Part shown: positions 57,709-64,000 of the stretch, piece after piece
Layout of the letters: every line of letters starts with the position of its first letter
Numbering within the stretch: position 1 is the stretch's first letter
From: Lachnospiraceae bacterium
GTDB taxonomy: Bacteria > Bacillota_I > Bacilli_A > RFN20 > CAG-826
Direction of reading: 5' to 3'
Length of the DNA stretch: 64,000 nucleotides
Assembly (NCBI GenBank): GCA_963643725.1
Contig: CAVILR010000003.1
Span: 4,578-68,577, forward strand
Program-made: the position numbers and the translations under genes
Notes under the pieces: generated by a model
Seen by the model: the letters and a program-made list of their open reading frames with translations, nothing else
What the model was told of the DNA's origin: nothing
Databases searched by the model: none

Positions 57709-58875
57709 TTATTTGAAGTATTGTTTGAAGCCATCGAGTTCAGGAATTTTCCAATCCTTATGTGCTTCACTTACGATTTTAATCGCGTCTTTATATAATT
57801 CTTCTTCAGTGCTCGCTCTGCTTTTTAACGCTCGCTTCATAGCTTTCTCTTTACGCGAGTTAGCAAATTCGACCTCGCCAATAGATTCATCTAGCATTCC
57901 AGCGATGAGAACATATGCACGAATTGATTCCATCGATAAATCATTTGAAATAAATCTTCGAATAGAATCATTAACTTCTTCATCATAATATTTTCTTGCC
58001 TCTTCTAAAGAAGAAGTCATGATGATAATGTATAGCTTCTGAGCAATTAATCTATATAACGTAGATTTGGAAATCTTGTCGCTAGATTCGCACATTTTAT
58101 TAATCAATTTCAATGCTTCGACATAATCTTTATTTGCTAAATCTTCGTAGATAGTAATAAGGTTTAGCGAAGCGGTAAAGTTTGTAACTTCATCAAATAC
58201 TTTAACCTCACCAATAGGTTCACCTCTTCTTTGAAGATCTTCGATGCGAAGTAATTCATTATATGCAGCGACATTGACTGGTTTAGATATGAGAGTTAAT
58301 CGATATCCATCAGTCATGGAGTCGAGTTTAACAGGAACGAAATTATAAATAGCCATCATCGAAGAGATGGTGATAAAGATAATCGCCGCGGTGCCAATCC
58401 AGATAAGTGGGGTTTTAGAAGTTATATCGGCTCCTGAACTAATCGAATATAAAACGACGCAAGCGATTAATTCAATTATGTACATAAATAAAGGCAACCA
58501 AACGAATGGTTTCGGATTCGATTTTTCACTTTTAGGTGCTAAAACGGTTTCTCCAGTTAATCCATCAAAGTCTCGAAATTGGAATTTTCTTTTGCCATCT
58601 TTTTTATAAAAGCAAAAGCCAAATACATTGAATGAAACGATTGTATAGCCACCCATCAATCCACCTAATACGTGACCGAGTTCTAAGCCAACTGAATTTA
58701 CAATAATACCAATTAATATCGTTAAAATCGAGAAAACATAAGGGTTAAGAAATGTCGATCCATAGGCCTTATTATATTGTTCAAACATTCCACGAACTAA
58801 TGTAAAGCCGATAATGACCGCGAAGACGATCATTAAAACGTAGACAATCGTGCTAGCAACATCTTCTTTTTTCAT
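57709..58875 (-). CDS. Membrane protein with a degenerate site-2-protease-like core and a helical C-terminal domain
   Basis: TM-embedded GLELGHVLGG where M50/zincin proteins have HExxH, and a later TM with NFVPVKLDSMTDG resembling NxxPxxxLDG. About 190 aa of helical soluble tail. Confidence 0.4.
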   Translation of the reverse strand: MKKEDVASTIVYVLMIVFAVIIGFTLVRGMFEQYNKAYGSTFLNPYVFSILTILIGIIVNSVGLELGHVLGGLMGGYTIVSFNVFGFCFYKKDGKRKFQFRDFDGLTGETVLAPKSEKSNPKPFVWLPLFMYIIELIACVVLYSISSGADITSKTPLIWIGTAAIIFITISSMMAIYNFVPVKLDSMTDGYRLTLISKPVNVAAYNELLRIEDLQRRGEPIGEVKVFDEVTNFTASLNLITIYEDLANKDYVEALKLINKMCESSDKISKSTLYRLIAQKLYIIIMTSSLEEARKYYDEEVNDSIRRFISNDLSMESIRAYVLIAGMLDESIGEVEFANSRKEKAMKRALKSRASTEEELYKDAIKIVSEAHKDWKIPELDGFKQYFK

Positions 58876-58887
58876 AAAAATTCTCCT

Positions 58888-60063
58888 TTAGAGGGCATAT
58901 CTAAATATATTTATGATGTCCTCTTCGTTAAGCGGTTTGATTGACATTGGGCCAATCAAACGTGTGCCGTTATTTGTCAATTTTCCGCTTATAAGAGGTA
59001 AATCTTTTGCTGTTAAGCCAAGTTCAGTTAGTGTTGTTGGCATTCCAATCTTTTTAAAGAATTCCTTCAAAGATTGTATTCCAATTTTAGCACTTTCTTT
59101 TTTATCTAGATAGGAGAGATTAAAAACAACTTCTCCAAAATGGGTAAATTTATCTAAATCATAGTTATAGACATATTCCATCCACGCCGGGATTAAAACC
59201 GATAAACCTGCGCCATGAGCGATATCGACTTTATATGCGCTTAATGCGTGTTCTAATGCGTGAATTGTTAATGCGTATTTCTTGCCTAATCCAGTTAACC
59301 CATTATGCGAATATGAACTAAGAAGCATCATTATGCCTCTTGCATCATAATTATTAGGCTCATCGATACATATTTCACCAACACGTATGGTTTCTTTTAT
59401 TACTGTTAAAGCGAATTCATCCGCAAATTCTAAGGTGTTACTTTTAGCAAAATATCTTTCTAAAGAATGCGAGATGATGTCAACGATACCGCATCCGGTT
59501 TGATATTTGCTCACCGAGAAAGTCAATTCAGGATTATAAATAGCAAATAGAGGACGAATTAAATCACTATTAAAGCCTTGTTTTAAATGCCTTTTATCAT
59601 CTGAGATAACGCAAGAAGAAGATAGTTCGCTTCCAGAGGCCGCGATAGTGAGAATAACTCCAATCGGCAAAGCCTTTTTCGGTGTGGCTAAATAGAGCGA
59701 AAAATCATATGGGTCGCCATCGTAATAAAAATTAACGGCAATCGATTTACTCGCATCGATAACTGAACCTCCACCGATTGATAAGATGAAATCGACATCA
59801 TTTTCCTTGGCTATTTTTAAGCCTTCTATAACGGATTCAAGCGAAGGATTCGCACGTATTCCTTTTAATGTATAGTGCTTGATATTCTCTTCATCCAATT
59901 TAGAAACAACTCGATCATAGAGCCCATTTTTGAATGAAGAGCTACTGCCTAAAACTAATAAAACCCTTTTAACGTTTAATTCTTTAAGGATTTTACCAAT
60001 CAATAATTCTTTGTCCTTACCGAAATAAAGCTTAGTTGGAGATACAAATTCAAAGTCGATCAT
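58888..60063 (-). CDS. Iron-containing (group III) alcohol dehydrogenase
   Basis: GGGSVIDASK and His-rich metal motifs (HSLERY, HALEHAL...AHGAGL). Confidence 0.88.
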   Translation of the reverse strand: MIDFEFVSPTKLYFGKDKELLIGKILKELNVKRVLLVLGSSSSFKNGLYDRVVSKLDEENIKHYTLKGIRANPSLESVIEGLKIAKENDVDFILSIGGGSVIDASKSIAVNFYYDGDPYDFSLYLATPKKALPIGVILTIAASGSELSSSCVISDDKRHLKQGFNSDLIRPLFAIYNPELTFSVSKYQTGCGIVDIISHSLERYFAKSNTLEFADEFALTVIKETIRVGEICIDEPNNYDARGIMMLLSSYSHNGLTGLGKKYALTIHALEHALSAYKVDIAHGAGLSVLIPAWMEYVYNYDLDKFTHFGEVVFNLSYLDKKESAKIGIQSLKEFFKKIGMPTTLTELGLTAKDLPLISGKLTNNGTRLIGPMSIKPLNEEDIINIFRYAL

Positions 60064-60596
60064 TTTACTACCTTATTATGAAGATATTGCTCAGTAAGAT
60101 AATTCCATATAGGAGATAATCTTTTTATAACATGGCTGCTCTTTTCTTTACTAGTATTTGAAAGATAATAAACCATTTCTTTTGAAAAGATAGCAGCAAT
60201 ATATCTAGCGACGTAGTTAGATTTTGCTAATACGTTACCTGGATGATGGATTTTGATATAGTCAAGCGTCTTTTGATAAAAATATGTATAAAAATATTGT
60301 TCTAACTTATCGCTTGCAAACGAATAGGCGACCGATTTTAAGAATGTTTCATTCGCGTTTATGTAGGCGATTAACGGCTTAATAATAGAATCAAAATCGA
60401 TCGCTTTTTTGTCTCGAGCTACTTTTTCTTTTAAAAATATCGCTTCAATAACATCGGAGATATCACGGAAATGATAATAAAATGTCTGACGATTTGACTT
60501 AACGCTTTTTGAAAGCATCACCACATTTATTTCATCCAGTGGCGTCGTCTTCATCAATTCCTTTAATCCTTCGCGGTATTTAGCTTCGATTCTCAT
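60060..60596 (-). CDS. TetR-like regulator (DhaS-like)
   Basis: MLSKSVKSNRQTFYYHFRDISDV HTH region. 178 aa. Confidence 0.65.
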   Translation of the reverse strand: MRIEAKYREGLKELMKTTPLDEINVVMLSKSVKSNRQTFYYHFRDISDVIEAIFLKEKVARDKKAIDFDSIIKPLIAYINANETFLKSVAYSFASDKLEQYFYTYFYQKTLDYIKIHHPGNVLAKSNYVARYIAAIFSKEMVYYLSNTSKEKSSHVIKRLSPIWNYLTEQYLHNKVVK

Positions 60597-61492
60597 AATT
60601 TTGATAATTCCTTAGCAATCGATGCACCAAGTTTTGCGTTGTTTAAAACTAATTTAATATTCGATTCTAATGAATCTCCTCCGGTGAGTTCGACGATAGT
60701 TTTAAGAAGAAATGGCGTAACATCCTTGCCTTTAATATTGTTTTCTTCGGCGAGCAATAACGCCTTATCAATAACCTTATTAATGAATTCGGGATCCATT
60801 GAATATTGCTCAGGGATAGGGTTAGCAACCAATATTCCTCCGTCTAAGTTATTATCTCGTTTAGCTTTAATGATACGTGCGACTTCAAGAGGTGAAGAAA
60901 CTACATTTTCCATCTTAATCCCGGAATGACGAGTGTAAAAATCAGCGAATTCATCGCTACCATAACTTAAAACGGGGACGCCTTTGGTCTCTAATATTTC
61001 TAAGGTTAGATTTAAATCTAAAATGGCTTTAACTCCGGCGGAGATGACAGTTACATTTGTTTTGGCTAATTCTTCTAAATCCGCGGAGATATCGAATGTT
61101 TTCTCCGCGCCTCGATGCGCTCCGCCAACACCTCCAGTAACAAATATTTCTATCCCGGCTTGATGCGCTAAAATCATCGTCGCCGCGACAGTGGTCGCAC
61201 CCCAAAGTTTGTTGGCGTAAACGATTGGCAAATCGCGACGTGACACTTTTCTAATGCCGCCTCTTTTACCAAACTCTTCAATTTCTTCAGGCGTCATGCC
61301 GATTATAGCTTCACCATCAATAATGCCAATTGTCGCAGGAATTGCTCCGTTATCACGAATTACTTTTTCCACAAGCAAAGCCGTCTCAACGTTTTTAGGA
61401 TATGGCATGCCATGAGATATGATTGTTGATTCAAGCGCAACAACAGGAAGATTGTTTTCTAATGCGTGTTTTACTTCTGGATTAATTTTCAT
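60593..61492 (-). CDS. psuG: Pseudouridine-5'-phosphate glycosidase
   Basis: LPVVALESTIISHGMPYPKNVETA and FVTGGVGGAHRG motifs. Confidence 0.92.
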   Translation of the reverse strand: MKINPEVKHALENNLPVVALESTIISHGMPYPKNVETALLVEKVIRDNGAIPATIGIIDGEAIIGMTPEEIEEFGKRGGIRKVSRRDLPIVYANKLWGATTVAATMILAHQAGIEIFVTGGVGGAHRGAEKTFDISADLEELAKTNVTVISAGVKAILDLNLTLEILETKGVPVLSYGSDEFADFYTRHSGIKMENVVSSPLEVARIIKAKRDNNLDGGILVANPIPEQYSMDPEFINKVIDKALLLAEENNIKGKDVTPFLLKTIVELTGGDSLESNIKLVLNNAKLGASIAKELSKL

Positions 61493-63920
61493 TTTTAGTT
61501 CTCTTTTCGTTTATTTTATTTTGAAGTTTATTAACGAAAATCGTTAAAAAGATGTATAAGATGATAGCGATTATTATCACAATTAATAAAATATACCAAT
61601 TATTGAACGTGATTAAATCATATTGAATATTGAAGAAACTCTTAGGTTTAAAAGCAAAATAATCTATGAGGAAAAAAGCAGTCATTAAGATAGCGATCGT
61701 TATCGCTAACAATCTTCGATAAATATCAAATGGCCAAGAAATTATGAGTAACGTTACAAACGATATTAATGTAAAGGAAATAACGCACAATGTAGTCGCC
61801 GCCTCTAACGATAAAAAGTTTGGATTAGCCCAAGAAATAATAAAGATTGTTAAACAAGCGATAGATTGAACAATTCCGCCTGGAAGAGATTTGTTCACGA
61901 TATTATCAAAGAATTTATTTTGAATGCGTTCTTCGTTAGGTTGAAGCGATAAGAAGAAGCTAGCAAAGCCAATAGTCAATAATTCCCAAATATACATATT
62001 GTTTGTTACAAACGGATAACCATTATCTTCATTTATCCAAGACGCGATAAGGAAAACAAAAGTCATAATCATCGCAAATATAGTTTTCACTAAGAAAATC
62101 GAGCATGAACGTTGAAGATTATTAATGACTCTTCTTCCCTCGGCGACAACATTAGGCAAAGATGAAAAATTCGAATCGAGAGACACCAAATGTGAAACTG
62201 CCTTCGCGGCATCGCTACCATTAGCCATTGCAATTGAACAATCAGCGGTTTTTAAAGCTAGAATATCATTCACGCCATCTCCAGTCATTGCAACAACATG
62301 CTTTTCTTCTTGCATAGATGATATTAATGCTTCTTTTTGCTCAGGAGAAACGCGGCCAAAAACCGTGTATTCGTTGGCGATTTGCCTAACTTCTTCAAGC
62401 GTTTTACCTTCTAATGAAACCCATCTTTCAGCGTTATTAACACCCACTCTAATGGCGATTTCTGATACGGAAATTGGATTATCACCAGATATGATTTTGA
62501 TATTAACTCCATTATCTTTGAACCATTTAATATTTTCATATGCATCATCTTTGATGTGCTCTTCTAGGACGATGATGGCGATAGGATCAACGCTAGGCAT
62601 AAGCGAATCGTCCTTTAAACCAACGCTAGAATAGCCCAACAACAAAACGCGGAACCCTTTTCTTTCGTATTCAACAAATTGTTGATCGAAGTCGTGATTA
62701 TGTTTCAAAAATTCTCTTGCCCCTAATAGGAAGCACCTTCCATCACTTAACATAGTTGCAGAATATTTTCTAACGCTTGAGAAGGCTAAGGAAGAGGTGT
62801 AATCCAATGTTTTTTCATTATGTAACGCCTTAAGCAATGCGTTTGCAGTGGCATTACTATCTTTCGTAGAAATAATCAGTGTATTTAAAATTGTTTTGAT
62901 GTTATCGACACTTAATTCCGTTAATGGCTTTATTTCCTTTAACGACATCGTCCCGTCAGTAATCGTTCCTGTTTTATCTAGGCAAAGCGTATCGACACGA
63001 GCCAACGTCTCAATACAATATAATTCTTGAACAAGCATTTTTCGTCTAGCTAAACGAATGACACCAACCGCAAGAGTTAAAGATGTTAATAAATACATAC
63101 CGATTGGAATCATCGCGAAGATTGAGCTCGCAAATTTAATAACATTATCTTTGTATTCGTCCCCTGTTAATTTGCCTTGAACGAGTAAAGTGATAAACAT
63201 CATCAAACCCAACGCAATAATAAAAACGCCGATGACTAAAAATATCTTTTTAATCGAGCGTAATATTTCTGATTTCGGTCTTCTAAATTTTTTGGCTTTG
63301 TTTTGCAAAGAAGTTGCATAATTATCTTTACCAACTTTTTCAACGCGCACCTTTGCATAACCACTTGTCACAAATGAACCTGAAAAAACCATGTTTTGTG
63401 GTGATTTATGAATATTTAATGATTCGCCAGTGAGTAAAGATTCATTAACTTCAAGACTTCCTTCAAGGATGATAGAGTCAGCGATGATTTGATCGCCAAG
63501 CTTTAATATAACGACGTCGCCGAGAACAATTTGATTCGCAGGAATTGTTGATTCTTGCCCATTGCGAAGAACGTTAACTGTTGGATAAGAGACAACTTTT
63601 AATTTATCTACTTTATGACGAGCTTTGATGTCTTGAAATAATCCAATGCCTATATTAATTATCAATAGATATAAAGAAACGAATTTAGTAAAATCCGCGC
63701 CGACAACCATCATATAAATCGACAAGCCAAATATGATGATGTTGAAAAAATTAATAACATTATCTAGAAAAATACGGAAATAAGTTTTAGTTACTGTTTT
63801 TGGAATCTTGTTAACTAATCCTGCATCTGTCCTTTCCTTTACTTGCTGAGCATTTAAGCCAGTTAATGGGTCAGTACTAGATAGGTCAATTTCCGCAATT
63901 TTTCGATTTTTTTTGCTCAT
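61482..63920 (-). CDS. Cation-translocating P-type ATPase
   Basis: TGES, DKTGTIT and GDGVNDILALK motifs. 812 aa. Confidence 0.92.
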   Translation of the reverse strand: MSKKNRKIAEIDLSSTDPLTGLNAQQVKERTDAGLVNKIPKTVTKTYFRIFLDNVINFFNIIIFGLSIYMMVVGADFTKFVSLYLLIINIGIGLFQDIKARHKVDKLKVVSYPTVNVLRNGQESTIPANQIVLGDVVILKLGDQIIADSIILEGSLEVNESLLTGESLNIHKSPQNMVFSGSFVTSGYAKVRVEKVGKDNYATSLQNKAKKFRRPKSEILRSIKKIFLVIGVFIIALGLMMFITLLVQGKLTGDEYKDNVIKFASSIFAMIPIGMYLLTSLTLAVGVIRLARRKMLVQELYCIETLARVDTLCLDKTGTITDGTMSLKEIKPLTELSVDNIKTILNTLIISTKDSNATANALLKALHNEKTLDYTSSLAFSSVRKYSATMLSDGRCFLLGAREFLKHNHDFDQQFVEYERKGFRVLLLGYSSVGLKDDSLMPSVDPIAIIVLEEHIKDDAYENIKWFKDNGVNIKIISGDNPISVSEIAIRVGVNNAERWVSLEGKTLEEVRQIANEYTVFGRVSPEQKEALISSMQEEKHVVAMTGDGVNDILALKTADCSIAMANGSDAAKAVSHLVSLDSNFSSLPNVVAEGRRVINNLQRSCSIFLVKTIFAMIMTFVFLIASWINEDNGYPFVTNNMYIWELLTIGFASFFLSLQPNEERIQNKFFDNIVNKSLPGGIVQSIACLTIFIISWANPNFLSLEAATTLCVISFTLISFVTLLIISWPFDIYRRLLAITIAILMTAFFLIDYFAFKPKSFFNIQYDLITFNNWYILLIVIIIAIILYIFLTIFVNKLQNKINEKRTKNEN

Positions 63921-64000
63921 AAATACTTAATAAGTATATGTTAAAAATTCATACACTGTAAAGAAATAAGTATGATTTTACTTTGCTCGCTTGTTTTTAA

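Noticed and set aside
62125-62634. Long antisense ORFs inside well-supported genes (62125-62634, 53285-53722, 49357-49770, 32779-33144, 42094-42444, 8040-8381)
   Set aside because: Each lies wholly within, and opposite to, a gene with strong family motifs (P-type ATPase, tldD, metG, dnaX/ybaB, DUF1538, the repeat linker). Their translations are low-complexity Ser/Leu/Pro/Thr-rich with no SD, so they are shadow ORFs.
1-64000. Mollicute genetic code 4 (TGA = Trp)
   Set aside because: Many strongly supported genes end at TGA or have TGA-bounded frames, Trp is supplied by TGG, and an RF2 gene with a TGA-based frameshift site is present. The standard code 11 applies.

Overview
Low-GC (roughly one-third G+C by eye) bacterial chromosome segment. 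It is most consistent with a wall-less or Erysipelotrichia/Acholeplasma-like Bacillota/Mycoplasmatota lineage that uses the standard genetic code: TGA ends many ORFs, and a frameshift-controlled RF2 gene is present. The window is densely packed with housekeeping genes. These include yloV-like/degV, rarA, fba, secG, the uvrB-prfB-secA block, comFA/comFC, the rpiB-tsaC-prmC-prfA operon, the dnaX-ybaB-recR-tmk-holB-ricT-rsmI block, metG-rpmE, tldD/pmbA, mscL and psuG. I saw no rRNA, transposase, integrase, CRISPR array or recognisable defence system. The best candidates for undescribed biology are as follows. (1) A ~760-bp gene-free tract downstream of tRNA-Ala holds a strictly 10-bp-phased array of 12 GTTGT cores (14154-14308) and a 20-bp tandem direct repeat. 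(2) Next to it lies a Y-family polymerase/YolD cassette, followed by an ECF-type sigma factor and an atypical anti-sigma-like protein with duplicated Asp/His/Trp-rich extracytoplasmic modules ending in HHHH. (3) A single 875-aa ORF fuses arginine decarboxylase to agmatine deiminase and is coupled to aguB. (4) A DUF1538 two-repeat membrane protein is followed by two PII-like genes. (5) A multi-pass membrane protein is fused, through a tandem-repeat Lys/Pro/Val/Ala linker, to a DUF2188 domain. Product calls come from motif recognition by eye on the supplied translations. No database search was run.
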